Positions 27,214-37,113 of a DNA stretch of 56,824 nt are shown piece by piece. Source of the stretch: Paenibacillaceae bacterium (GTDB lineage: Bacteria > Bacillota > Bacilli > Paenibacillales > UBA4045). Position 1 is the stretch's first letter; every line of letters begins with the position of its first letter. The translations under genes were made by a program, and so were the position numbers. The notes below the pieces were generated by a model that saw only the letters and a program-made list of their open reading frames with translations, was not told the DNA's origin and ran no database searches. The DNA lies in assembly GCA_040904605.1 (NCBI GenBank), contig JBBDTA010000014.1, positions 1-56,824 of the forward strand, given 5' to 3'.

Positions 27214-28551
27214 TTATAATAATTCCGTAGCAAGCTGCGCAAGCAGTGACCTTTCGCCCTTCTCCAGGGTGACATGGCCACTAATAGACTCATCCTTGAA
27301 ACGCTCGACCACATGTGTTAAGCCGTTACTAGCGGAATCCAGGTAAGGATGATCGATCTGTTCAGGATCACCAAGGAGCACAATCTTACTCCCTTGTCCA
27401 ACCCTTGACACGATGGTTTTCAATTCATGCTTCGTTAAATTCTGCGCTTCGTCAATGATGATGAATTGCCCCGGAATCGAACGTCCCCTAATATAAGTAA
27501 GCGCCTCTACTTGTATGCTACCCATTCCCACTAAAATCTTCTCAATATCCCCAGGCTTCTTGGTATCGAAGAGATATTCAAGATTATCATAGATGGGTTG
27601 CATCCACGGACGCAGCTTCTCATCCTTCTCACCTGGCAAATATCCAATATCCTTCCCCATCGGAACAACGGGTCGAGCAATCAATAACTTTTTATACTTA
27701 TGCTCATCCTCTACCTTAAGCAGGCCTGCAGCAAGTGCGATTAATGTCTTACCTGTACCAGCACGCCCCGTCAAGGTTACGATTGGAATATCATCGTTAA
27801 GCATAAGCTCTAATGCCATTCGCTGTTGAACATTACGAGCACTAATCCCCCACACTGGATCATTGCTAAGGAACAGGGGCTCCAGCTTAGTAAGCTCTTT
27901 ATTCACCTTCAAGACCGCTGATTTTGTTGTACCCAGTTCATCCTTCAATATAACGAACTCATTGGGACGAAATTTATAATCGAATTGCTTCACTGACAGC
28001 CAACGATTGGAATAGAAGTCATCTATAATACCAGGATGAACATGTAAGGTCACATTACCTAAGTACACATCATCTGAAGATACGATTCGGTCGGTCTTAT
28101 AATCCTCAGCAGGAATACCCATAACATCTGCTTTAATTCGTACTAGTGTATCCTTGCTCACCAGTATGACTGGCATAGATATCTTCTTTGCTGTTTTCTT
28201 ATCTTGTTCCTCGAGAAGATAATTTAGGGCAACCGCAAGTATACGATTGTCATTGGTCATCTCTCCGAATAACTCTTGCGTTCGTGTGTAGCAGCGATGA
28301 TTTAATTCTACTTTGAGAGACCCGCCATTATCCAGGGGTACACCATCATGTAGGTGACCTCTTTCTCTAAGTTGGTCTAGTAATCGTGATACATATCGTG
28401 CATTTCGTCCAACCTCATCCATATTTCTCTTGAACGAATCAATTTCCTCTAATACGACCGCAGGGATGATCACTTCATTATCTTCAAAGGCGAATAAAGA
28501 AAGCGGGTCATGGAGTAGAACATTCGTATCAAGAACATAAGTTTTTTTCAT
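27214..28551 (-). CDS. ylaK: PIN-PhoH (PhoH2/YlaK) ATPase/RNase
   Basis: YVLDTNVLLHDP (PIN), GRAGTGKT, GYLPG, YIRGRS and DEAQN motifs. Confidence 0.92.
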   Translation of the reverse strand: MKKTYVLDTNVLLHDPLSLFAFEDNEVIIPAVVLEEIDSFKRNMDEVGRNARYVSRLLDQLRERGHLHDGVPLDNGGSLKVELNHRCYTRTQELFGEMTNDNRILAVALNYLLEEQDKKTAKKISMPVILVSKDTLVRIKADVMGIPAEDYKTDRIVSSDDVYLGNVTLHVHPGIIDDFYSNRWLSVKQFDYKFRPNEFVILKDELGTTKSAVLKVNKELTKLEPLFLSNDPVWGISARNVQQRMALELMLNDDIPIVTLTGRAGTGKTLIALAAGLLKVEDEHKYKKLLIARPVVPMGKDIGYLPGEKDEKLRPWMQPIYDNLEYLFDTKKPGDIEKILVGMGSIQVEALTYIRGRSIPGQFIIIDEAQNLTKHELKTIVSRVGQGSKIVLLGDPEQIDHPYLDSASNGLTHVVERFKDESISGHVTLEKGERSLLAQLATELL

Positions 28552-28658
28552 ATTAAGTCCTCCCTCATCGGATATATTGCTCGAGCCGTTACAGATACAT
28601 AAAAACCATGAGAGTGGAAACCATAATGAAATGAAATAGCTTAGAAAGGACGATCATT

Positions 28659-29225
28659 ATGCGATTATTCGTTGTATCCTTTATTGCAGTTGTACTAGTC
28701 ACCGGCTGTTCCAATACTAAGGATGATGCCTCCTCCTCCCCCATTAATAAAAGCCAGAAGATTCGTGTACAACAGACTGTACCACATAAACCAGAAATCA
28801 AAAATTCTGACGATGTCGTACAACGATTAGAGAAGCTAGCCACATCGGTTCCTCATGTGATTGCTGCTAACTGTGTAGTCGTTGGTGATACAGCAATAGT
28901 AGGGATTAATGTAGATGGAAATTTAGAACGCGCGCGAGTAGGAACGATCAAATATTCGGTAGCTGAAGCCCTTAGAAAGGACCCTGTTGGTATTCAGGCG
29001 ATTGTCACTGCCGATATCGATATCGGCAATCGACTTCGTGAGATGAATACCGATATCAAGAATGGCAAACCTGTTAGCGGCTTTGCTCAGGAATTAGCAG
29101 ATATCATCGGACGGATCATCCCACAGCTACCCAGAGACATCGAGTCACCCCAAGACAATCAATCAGGTGATCCTTCGACTAAGTCTAATCATGACCGCAA
29201 GCAATTAAAGAATAGAAGCGTATAG
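28659..29225 (+). CDS. ylaJ: YhcN/YlaJ-family sporulation lipoprotein
   Basis: Lipobox VTGC, VGTIKYSVAEAL and ELADIIGRIIPQ; divergent from ylaK. Confidence 0.88.
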   Translation: MRLFVVSFIAVVLVTGCSNTKDDASSSPINKSQKIRVQQTVPHKPEIKNSDDVVQRLEKLATSVPHVIAANCVVVGDTAIVGINVDGNLERARVGTIKYSVAEALRKDPVGIQAIVTADIDIGNRLREMNTDIKNGKPVSGFAQELADIIGRIIPQLPRDIESPQDNQSGDPSTKSNHDRKQLKNRSV

Positions 29226-29232
29226 CATAATT

Positions 29233-29271
29233 AAAAAAAGCCTTGTTACAATGCCATAACTAGGCTTTTTT
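29233..29271. terminator. Bidirectional terminator between convergent genes
   Basis: AAAAAAGCCT...AGGCTTTTTT. Confidence 0.75.
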
Positions 29272-29712
29272 CATGCTTGAGAAAACTTGACCATCTAATT
29301 TCTCAGCAGCACGTTTATCGTATGTTTTCTCATATTCAGGTGCAGTAGAAATTCTGGCTCCGTAGAACATAGCATCGCGTACAATATCGATAGCAATATC
29401 AAAGCAGCTTAGCTGGAATGGTACTTCAGACAACGCTTCAATCACCATAGAAGCCTTTCCATAGATAGTGTGGACACTACCAGCACCGAAGCAAGTTACA
29501 GTCACTTGAGATTGCTGCTTCATATTGTTAATAAGTCGCGAACGATGGTCAACTGCAAATCGCAGCCTTCCTCTGTCCACTGCATAGATCCAAGAAATCG
29601 CATTAACCACAGGTCCATTCGTCTCTGAATCGATCGTTCCTAATAGAACGAAGGCTTCCTTCTGTAGCAGTGCAAAAAGCTCCTCTGGCAGTGCTGTCAG
29701 CAACTCATTCAT
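29260..29712 (-). CDS. Pyridoxamine 5'-phosphate oxidase-like (split-barrel) protein
   Basis: VLLGTID..P.VNAISW...VRDAMFYG...YEKTYD. Start trimmed to ATG 29712 after GGGAGG. Confidence 0.8.
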   Translation of the reverse strand: MNELLTALPEELFALLQKEAFVLLGTIDSETNGPVVNAISWIYAVDRGRLRFAVDHRSRLINNMKQQSQVTVTCFGAGSVHTIYGKASMVIEALSEVPFQLSCFDIAIDIVRDAMFYGARISTAPEYEKTYDKRAAEKLDGQVFSSMKKA

Positions 29713-29803
29713 TGGATCAAGCCTCCCTGCTGATATTATGAAAACTGAATCAATTATGATTATGAAATTGATTCTTCTATACAATGAATTATATCACATC
29801 AAG

Positions 29804-30859
29804 TTAGGGTGTTCCAGAGTTTACAAAAGGATCTGCTGTCAACGCTGCTTTAAGCTGTTGCTTGGCCTTATCCATATCTGCATCCTTCACTCGGATGTAT
29901 GGACTTCTCCATTCCCCATGAAGTGGAATGAATGTGATATTATTCTTCTTCATAGTCGAATATGCGAGTATGAGGCTTCTAAGCTGATCTTTGGGCGTAT
30001 CGGTTTTTAAGTTATTACCGACTGCATCAAATACATTATCGAGCTTCAGTATTCCAGTTATAGATGTCATTCTGTCTACCATAGCTTTCAGAACGATTTG
30101 CTGGCGCTCATTTCTCTCCGAATCACTCGATTCTGCTGTACGTACCTCACACTTTCGCGATGAATGTCGATACCTTACATAATCTAACGCTTTCTTACCA
30201 TCCAGCTCTTGAATACCCTTCTTAAGCTGAATATTCGTACCATCTGCATTATCGATATAACACATATTCATATCTACATCTACTTTAATGCCGCCTAACT
30301 CGTCGATGATATCCTCGAACGTCTTGAAAGTAATCACTGTAACATAATCAATTGGAATATCAAGGAAATCACCGAACAGTTCCTTGACTAATTGCTGAGA
30401 AGGCTTTTTATCCTGACGCTGAGCAATGGAATAGAATGCATTCGCCTTCCTGGCCTTATATCCATCTGGTTTCATGTAGAGATCTCTTGGTAGTGATAAT
30501 AAAGAGACTGCTTGAGTCTTCGGATTTAACACAGCAACCATGATGACATCGGTATTCAAGCTGCGTGTTTCCTCTCTCGTATCCAGTCCTAATAATAGAA
30601 TAACCTTGGGATCTTGGGAGGATGTACCGTCATCATGCGTCGTAGCACTGCTACTTTTGCCCAGCATATTATCGAACTTAGAGTACAAATAGCCGGCGTA
30701 CCCGACACCCGCTAAGATTATAATTAACCCTATGATCAGAAAATATTTGAGTAGAGGATGCATACGTTTGGTATCTTGCATCTTTCTCGTTCTATTCGGT
30801 ACTCCAGAGTAGCTGCTTTGTTCGGTCTTCATCTCGTTGTTAACCATACTAGGCACCAC
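29804..30859 (-). CDS. LytR-CpsA-Psr (LCP) family wall-polymer transferase
   Basis: TM helix, LLLGLD, NTDVIM, SLPRD, ALDYVRYR and D..RNERQQ motifs. Confidence 0.92.
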   Translation of the reverse strand: MVPSMVNNEMKTEQSSYSGVPNRTRKMQDTKRMHPLLKYFLIIGLIIILAGVGYAGYLYSKFDNMLGKSSSATTHDDGTSSQDPKVILLLGLDTREETRSLNTDVIMVAVLNPKTQAVSLLSLPRDLYMKPDGYKARKANAFYSIAQRQDKKPSQQLVKELFGDFLDIPIDYVTVITFKTFEDIIDELGGIKVDVDMNMCYIDNADGTNIQLKKGIQELDGKKALDYVRYRHSSRKCEVRTAESSDSERNERQQIVLKAMVDRMTSITGILKLDNVFDAVGNNLKTDTPKDQLRSLILAYSTMKKNNITFIPLHGEWRSPYIRVKDADMDKAKQQLKAALTADPFVNSGTP

Positions 30860-30862
30860 TTT

Positions 30863-31138
30863 TCACTCATTATAACGAGGATTTGCATTAATATCATGAA
30901 GCAATTGCTCTGTCATATCCCGATCAAACGATTTTTTATGAGTTGTCCCATCAAGTTCGTACCACACTTGCAGAAGATCGTCACCCACAGATTCCATTCT
31001 GACATCGTTCAACATATAATCTTCATGGAGAATTTCTTCGAAGAAATCCACAGTGTTCTTAGCAGATATATCTTCCGGTCGTGCCTCTGCGACGGTCTTA
31101 ATCTGAAGCCAATTGAAGAGTGCATCTTCCAATCTCAC
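30863..31138 (-). CDS. Conserved hypothetical protein
   Basis: GGGAGG RBS, 91 aa, DALFNWLQI...INANPRY; in an operon with ylaH and typA. Confidence 0.75.
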   Translation of the reverse strand: MRLEDALFNWLQIKTVAEARPEDISAKNTVDFFEEILHEDYMLNDVRMESVGDDLLQVWYELDGTTHKKSFDRDMTEQLLHDINANPRYNE

Positions 31139-31177
31139 TTGATCTCAAGCCTCCCTCATCATAGCAAGACAAGAACC

Positions 31178-31474
31178 TCACTTTGATTGATCCTGTTGAT
31201 CTTTATTCCGCCAGGAAGTATAGAGCACTCTTCCCCGATACAGGAGCATCATCACAATCGCAACGAATAAGCTAAGAACAATTGGTAACCCGGCATCAAC
31301 CTGAAAAAGGAGCAGCAAAAAGGAGCCTGCTCCAATCATTAAGTAGACGATCAATTCTTTCAAGATCGGCAGCTTTCTAACCCGGAAAACCTTATTATAA
31401 ACGTATACGGTAAATACAAATATGAGACTATAAGTGACCCATAGGTGATCAACAAACCAATCATTCAATCCCAT
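31178..31474 (-). CDS. ylaH: YlaH-like membrane protein
   Basis: VYNKVF..KLPILK..IVY and LPI motifs; directly downstream of typA as in B. subtilis. Start uncertain. Confidence 0.75.
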   Translation of the reverse strand: MGLNDWFVDHLWVTYSLIFVFTVYVYNKVFRVRKLPILKELIVYLMIGAGSFLLLLFQVDAGLPIVLSLFVAIVMMLLYRGRVLYTSWRNKDQQDQSK

Positions 31475-31506
31475 GACCAGTACCATCCTTCTTGGTTCAT
31501 GCAAAT

Positions 31507-33345
31507 CTATATGGTAACAGATGCTTTACGGTTCTTCTCAGCTCTTTCTCGTTCACTCTTGTTAAGAATTTTCTTACGAAGTCGAACTGATTTAGGGGTG
31601 ATTTCACAATACTCATCGTCATTCAAGTACTCTAAAGCTTGCTCCAGAGACATCATACGAGGCGTTTTCATTCTTACTGTATCTTCCTTCGTTGCAGACC
31701 GAACGTTTGTCAGTGCCTTCTCCTTGCAAATATTCACGATGATATCATTGTCACGAGTATGCTCGCCTACAATCATTCCTTCATAAACATCGGTACCCGG
31801 CAGAACGAATAAGGTTCCACGATCCTCAATACCAAGGATACCATAAAGCGTGGCAACTCCATTCTCACTAGCGATCAATACGCCCTCGCGACGGCCGCCT
31901 ACATCAGCCCCAAAGTAAGGTGCATAGCTGTCAAAAGCATGATTCATGACACCATAACCACGAGTCAATGTTAGAAATTGTGTACGGTATCCAATTAATC
32001 CGCGTGCAGGAATCAAGAATTCAAGACGAACTTGACCTGATCCATTATTAATCATATTGACCATCTCAGCTTTACGTGAGCCTAAGCTCTCCATAACTGA
32101 GCCTGTATGCTCTTCTGGCACGTCAATAAGAAGACGCTCAAGCGGCTCCATCTTAACGCCGTCAACATCTTTAATAATAACCTCTGGTTTTGAAACCTGC
32201 ATTTCATAACCATCACGTCTCATCGTCTCAATTAGGATACCTAGATGTAGCTCTCCACGTCCCGAAACAACGAACATATCTGGACTGTCTGTTGCATCCA
32301 CACGAAGACTCACATCGGTTTCTAATTCGCGGAATAAACGTTCTGACAGCTTACGTGATGTTACCCACTTGCCTTCTTTACCTGCGAATGGTCCGTTGTT
32401 CACAAGGAATGTCATTTGCATGGTTGGTTCATCAATCACGATAACTGGAAGTGGCTCTAGAACAGCTGGGTCCGTCAAGGTTTCACCAATATTAATTTCT
32501 CTAATACCGGCAACAGCGATAATATCACCAGCACCCGCTTGCTCAATCTCAATTCGTTTCAAACCTTGGAAACCGAACAACTTCTCAACACGCGCTTGCT
32601 TCACCTTGCCATCTTGGGCAAGAACAGCAATGGATTGACCTTGAGATATTGTGCCCCTGTTGACACGACCGATACCAATACGACCAAGATAGTCGTTGTA
32701 ATCCATTAATACAACCTGGAATTGTAACGGATCTTCTATGCTCTCGGTTGGAGCCGGGATGCTCTGAACGATCGTCTCATACACAGCCTGCATATTCTTC
32801 TCTAGAGATTCAGGTGTAATTCCAGAAGTACCCATCAATGCTGATGCATATACAACTGGGAAATCCAGTTGATCATCATTTGCACCAAGCTCAATAAATA
32901 AATTTAACACTTGGTCTACGACATCCTCCGGATTTGCATTCGGACGGTCAATCTTATTCAATACGACAACTGGGATCAGGTTCTGTTCTAATGCTTTACG
33001 TAGTACAAATTTCGTCTGAGGCATACACCCCTCGAATGCATCTACGACCAATAGAACACCATCTACCATCTTCATTATCCGTTCAACCTCGCCGCCAAAG
33101 TCCGCATGACCTGGGGTATCCACGATGTTAATTAGATATTCTTTATAATTAATCGCAGTGTTCTTAGCTAGAATGGTAATACCTCGTTCACGTTCTAAGT
33201 CATTAGAATCCATCGCACGTTCTTGAACGGCTTCATTCGCTCTGAATGTTCCTGATTGTTGTAGGAGTTGATCAACAAGCGTTGTCTTACCATGATCGAC
33301 GTGCGCAATAATAGCAATGTTACGAATCTTATTCCTTGGATGCAT
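31507..33345 (-). CDS. typA: Translational GTPase TypA/BipA
   Basis: IRNIAIIAHVDHGKTTLVD, DTPGHADFGGEVER, GRGELHL and EITPKSVRLRK motifs. Confidence 0.98.
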   Translation of the reverse strand: MHPRNKIRNIAIIAHVDHGKTTLVDQLLQQSGTFRANEAVQERAMDSNDLERERGITILAKNTAINYKEYLINIVDTPGHADFGGEVERIMKMVDGVLLVVDAFEGCMPQTKFVLRKALEQNLIPVVVLNKIDRPNANPEDVVDQVLNLFIELGANDDQLDFPVVYASALMGTSGITPESLEKNMQAVYETIVQSIPAPTESIEDPLQFQVVLMDYNDYLGRIGIGRVNRGTISQGQSIAVLAQDGKVKQARVEKLFGFQGLKRIEIEQAGAGDIIAVAGIREINIGETLTDPAVLEPLPVIVIDEPTMQMTFLVNNGPFAGKEGKWVTSRKLSERLFRELETDVSLRVDATDSPDMFVVSGRGELHLGILIETMRRDGYEMQVSKPEVIIKDVDGVKMEPLERLLIDVPEEHTGSVMESLGSRKAEMVNMINNGSGQVRLEFLIPARGLIGYRTQFLTLTRGYGVMNHAFDSYAPYFGADVGGRREGVLIASENGVATLYGILGIEDRGTLFVLPGTDVYEGMIVGEHTRDNDIIVNICKEKALTNVRSATKEDTVRMKTPRMMSLEQALEYLNDDEYCEITPKSVRLRKKILNKSERERAEKNRKASVTI

Positions 33346-33392
33346 GAGGTAGTTCCCTTCCTATTCCGATTGTATATTGTCCTATAATCACA

Positions 33393-33422
33393 GAAAAGCG
33401 TCAGGCATAAGATGCCGACGCT
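33393..33422 (-). terminator. Terminator-like hairpin in the typA 5' leader
   Basis: Minus strand AGCGTC-GGCAT-CTT-ATGCC-T-GACGCT followed by TTTC. Confidence 0.6.
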
Positions 33423-33437
33423 GGACATTTATGTTAA

Positions 33438-33466
33438 GTATACTCTAAATAAGACGAATCCGTCAA
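33438..33466 (-). promoter_or_regulatory. SigA promoter of typA
   Basis: Minus strand TTGACG-N17-TATACT. Confidence 0.75.
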
Positions 33467-33490
33467 TATTATCGGCAACTCAAGCCTTTG

Positions 33491-33970
33491 TTAATTGTTG
33501 GGTCTACGTCGTACCATAGCCACTCCGAGTATAATAAGAGCAAGAGCTATAATATATATACCACTAGTCATCAATAGAGTAAAGCTAAAGAATATCGCAG
33601 CGATAATGGCAAGAATGGCCGATCCTATGAACGCCGCCTTCGGTTTATTCGGATCGAAAAAATAGGCTTCAAACAAACCAATAGCCACACCCATTATAAA
33701 TCCCGGCCACAGATAACTCATTGAATCCCAGCCGAATAGATTACAGTAGAAGAACATGAACGAATATACCGTCAGTAAACCTCCAGGAACTAGGATTCCT
33801 GATGGTAAGCCTTTGGCAAAGAAGAGGAAGTGAAAGAATAAACCTGGTAATAGAACAAATATAGGCCAAATCATACTCCCAATGAAATCAAAAACTCCTA
33901 TTTTCCCTAATAACAGAAAGATACCTACGACAATAATAGTTAACCCGCTGAAATATGAATTTCTATTCAT
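33491..33970 (-). CDS. Hypothetical polytopic membrane protein
   Basis: About six TM helices with WPIF/WPGF repeats; AAGGGAG RBS. Confidence 0.75.
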   Translation of the reverse strand: MNRNSYFSGLTIIVVGIFLLLGKIGVFDFIGSMIWPIFVLLPGLFFHFLFFAKGLPSGILVPGGLLTVYSFMFFYCNLFGWDSMSYLWPGFIMGVAIGLFEAYFFDPNKPKAAFIGSAILAIIAAIFFSFTLLMTSGIYIIALALIILGVAMVRRRPNN

Positions 33971-34007
33971 CCTATGCTCTCTCCCTTATGTATATGGCGG
34001 ATCATTG

Positions 34008-34679
34008 TTATCTCATTCGTCGTCTACTGACGTAAAGCTTGAGAAGACCTGAAGCAAGCACTAGAATCACTCCACCAATCGGGATGATCCATTGAAGGTT
34101 TTGGTTTGACTGCTCGAGGAATCGACCTACCTTCTGATCACTCAGTATCATCTCACCCGCCGTATAACCAAGTATAGCCGCACCCAAGTATATGAAGATT
34201 GGATAACAACTCAGTAGCTTCATGATCATTGTGCTTCCCCATATGATTAGCGGTATGCTTAATCCGATACCTATAATAATCAGCGCTGTGTTCCCTTTGG
34301 CTACCGCTGCGATGGCAAGAACGTTGTCCAAGCTCATTACAAAATCAGCAATAATAATGGTCCGAACAGCACCCATTAATAAGGTAGCTTCACGAACATG
34401 CTGTTCCCCAGAATCCTCAACCAGTAATTTGATTGCAATGTATAGCAATAATACAGAACCAACTGCTTGTAAATAAGGAACGTCAAGCAAATAAACGGCC
34501 CCAACCGTTAGCAGCAGACGAAGGGTAACCGCTCCGAAGGATCCCCAACCTACGGCCAACCTGCGTTGATGTATCGGCAAATTCTTACTCGCCATTGCAA
34601 TGACGACAGCATTGTCTCCGCTTAATACGATGTTGATTAGCATAATTTTTATGAATAATAATATCTCTTCCTCCATCAT
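34008..34679 (-). CDS. TerC-family (YjbE-like) membrane protein
   Basis: LSGDNAVVIAMA and ADFVMSLDNVLAIAAVA. Start trimmed to ATG 34679. Confidence 0.92.
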   Translation of the reverse strand: MMEEEILLFIKIMLINIVLSGDNAVVIAMASKNLPIHQRRLAVGWGSFGAVTLRLLLTVGAVYLLDVPYLQAVGSVLLLYIAIKLLVEDSGEQHVREATLLMGAVRTIIIADFVMSLDNVLAIAAVAKGNTALIIIGIGLSIPLIIWGSTMIMKLLSCYPIFIYLGAAILGYTAGEMILSDQKVGRFLEQSNQNLQWIIPIGGVILVLASGLLKLYVSRRRMR

Positions 34680-34740
34680 CCCTTCCTCCAATAGTAATGT
34701 ATACGGACAAACTTGGCAATTCATACCATTGGTTGATTAC

Positions 34741-35952
34741 TTAAAAATAAGAGTCCGTTTCACGTGCCATTCGTTCCGTGATTGTGACCGTTACCGTGTT
34801 CCTGATCGCCTCATCCATAGTACCCTGCAGCCAAGCCGCTCGTTGTTCTAAACGATTAATCACACTAGGATTCGGATTTGTACTAGGGGACTTGGGAACG
34901 AATAGTGTACAGCAATCCTCATAAGGCTGTATCGAGACAGGGAATGTCCCGATCATTCTTGCTTTAGACACAATCTCTTGTTTATCCATCATGATCAATG
35001 GACGGAGAATAGGCATTCCCGCTGCTTGCTCGATTACGGACATACTTGGTAAGGTCTGACTCGCCACCTGACCTAAGCTGTCACCTGTAATGATTGCCTT
35101 ACAAGCTCGTTGCCGTCCTAATTCCGTAGTAATACGTAGCATAGCACGACGCATAAGTGTAATTAATAAGGTCTCATTACCTAGTTCCTTCAGACCGGTC
35201 TGAATATCAGCAAATGGAACCATATGCAGAACAATACTTCGCGAATAACAGGAGAGCTGTTCTGCCAACTCTATTACCTTCTGTTGTGCTCGTTCGCTCG
35301 TATAAGGAAAGCTGTGGAAGTGAATAGCCTCCAGCTCTAGACCCTGCTTTAAGGCTAACCAGCCTGCTACCGGGCTATCTATACCACCAGACAGCATGAC
35401 AATGGCTTTGCCATTCGTACCTGATGGGTAGCCGCCTAGACCAGGTATGATCTCGCAGAATATATATGCATGCTGCTCACGAATTTCTATTCGTAGTTCT
35501 ACTGCAGGAGTGTGAACATCGACCTCCAAACCAGCTATGGCCTGCAGGATGTAACCTCCCACTAGATTATTCATGGATTGAGAATCATGCAGGAAATCCT
35601 TATTCACCCTTCTAACCGAAACTTTAAAGGTAGTGGGCTTATCCTTCAGACTTTTCATTAGACGAAGAGCTGTTTCTCGGATAGCTTCCAAGCTTAACTC
35701 ACAGCGATTCACTGGACTGAAAGAGAATATGCCGAAGGTTCTTGATATCCGTTCCGCTATATCGATATAAGATTCTCCATTAAGATGAATATATAACCTG
35801 CCATAGCTTGCTTCGAATTGAACATGGGGAAACCGTTCTAATCGCCATTGAAGATGCTCTAGCACAGCACGTTCAAATCGATGACGATTTCTTCCTTTAA
35901 GCGTCTGTTCGCCCATCCGAACCATGATTATTGGGTTATTGATTTCTTCCAC
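34741..35952 (-). CDS. thiI: tRNA 4-thiouridine(8) synthase
   Basis: THUMP domain, SGGIDSPV PP-loop, GDSLGQVASQT and EDCC motifs. Confidence 0.95.
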   Translation of the reverse strand: MEEINNPIIMVRMGEQTLKGRNRHRFERAVLEHLQWRLERFPHVQFEASYGRLYIHLNGESYIDIAERISRTFGIFSFSPVNRCELSLEAIRETALRLMKSLKDKPTTFKVSVRRVNKDFLHDSQSMNNLVGGYILQAIAGLEVDVHTPAVELRIEIREQHAYIFCEIIPGLGGYPSGTNGKAIVMLSGGIDSPVAGWLALKQGLELEAIHFHSFPYTSERAQQKVIELAEQLSCYSRSIVLHMVPFADIQTGLKELGNETLLITLMRRAMLRITTELGRQRACKAIITGDSLGQVASQTLPSMSVIEQAAGMPILRPLIMMDKQEIVSKARMIGTFPVSIQPYEDCCTLFVPKSPSTNPNPSVINRLEQRAAWLQGTMDEAIRNTVTVTITERMARETDSYF

Positions 35953-35958
35953 CTCACC

Positions 35959-37113
35959 TCATTGTAATTTTAATCGTCTCCATGTTCTTGCAACCGATTC
36001 AGCTAAATACTGCATGTTCTCAAGCGAATGCACCGGAGCAAGACTTATTCGAATTCCACTCTTAGCCAAAGTCTGCTCGTATCCCATAGCCATGAGCGTC
36101 CTGCTTGGTAAATCCTCTCCTGATGCACAGGCAGATTGAGCGGAGACATACAAGCCAGCGGACTCCATGGCGTGTACGAATACCTCGGATTTAATACCTG
36201 GCAGGCAAAAATGAACAATATGCGGAAGCATATCTTCCTCATCTTCAGAGCCAGTTAATATTAATCCATCCACCAGCTTTAATTGCTCAACAAGGCTTTG
36301 CCGTAGATGGGCCACATGCTGCCTATTCGCTACAAGTTTGTCGGTCCCCATTCTCAACGCTTTGGCCATCCCTACAATTAAAGGAACATTCTCTGTTCCA
36401 GGACGCAGTCCGAATTCCTGTCCACCGCCGAGTAGGATAGGTTTTAGACGAATCCCCGGTCGACGATATAGAATACCGATGCCCTTAGGGCCATAAAATT
36501 TGTGAGCTGACAAAGATAATAAATCTATGCCTGCTTTATCCGGATAGATGGGTAGCTTCCCTGCGCCTTGGACCGCATCCACATGGAAGATAATTCGAGG
36601 ATGCCTGGTAAGCTCATGACCTATTGCTTCTACAGGCTGTATGCGTCCTGTCTCATTACTCACCTGCATAATACTTACGAGAATTGTATCGTTACGGATA
36701 GCTTGAATCACATCCTCCGACCGGATGCTGCCTGTCCGATCCACAGGCACATAAGTCACCTCGAAGCCCTCGCGTTCCAGCTGCTGGAAGCATTCGTAGA
36801 CCGAAGAATGCTCCATTCGAGAAGTAATCAGATGCTTTCCCCTCGAAGCGAATTGGCGTGCACACCCCATTATAGCGATGTTATTACTCTCGGTCCCTCC
36901 TGATGTGAATATGATATGTGAGGCTTCCGTATGTAAACACGTAGCAACGACTTCCCTTGCCTGTTTCATTAGCTTCTCAGCCTCAAAGCCCTTTCGATGA
37001 AGCGATGAAGGATTACCATAGTAATTGTTCATTAAGTCGGAAACAACATCAATAACCTCCTTATAAGGAGGTGTGGATGCACTAAAGTCATAGTAGTGTT
37101 CACTATCAATCAT
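35959..37113 (-). CDS. iscS: Cysteine desulfurase (IscS/NifZ-like)
   Basis: FTSGGTESNN, HVDAVQ, SAHKFYGPKG and SACAS motifs; adjacent to thiI. Confidence 0.9.
   Translation of the reverse strand: MIDSEHYYDFSASTPPYKEVIDVVSDLMNNYYGNPSSLHRKGFEAEKLMKQAREVVATCLHTEASHIIFTSGGTESNNIAIMGCARQFASRGKHLITSRMEHSSVYECFQQLEREGFEVTYVPVDRTGSIRSEDVIQAIRNDTILVSIMQVSNETGRIQPVEAIGHELTRHPRIIFHVDAVQGAGKLPIYPDKAGIDLLSLSAHKFYGPKGIGILYRRPGIRLKPILLGGGQEFGLRPGTENVPLIVGMAKALRMGTDKLVANRQHVAHLRQSLVEQLKLVDGLILTGSEDEEDMLPHIVHFCLPGIKSEVFVHAMESAGLYVSAQSACASGEDLPSRTLMAMGYEQTLAKSGIRISLAPVHSLENMQYLAESVARTWRRLKLQ

Noticed and set aside
27214..28551. PIN domain as the toxin of a toxin-antitoxin or defence system
   Set aside because: It is the conserved YlaK/PhoH2 at its usual locus, with no adjacent antitoxin ORF.
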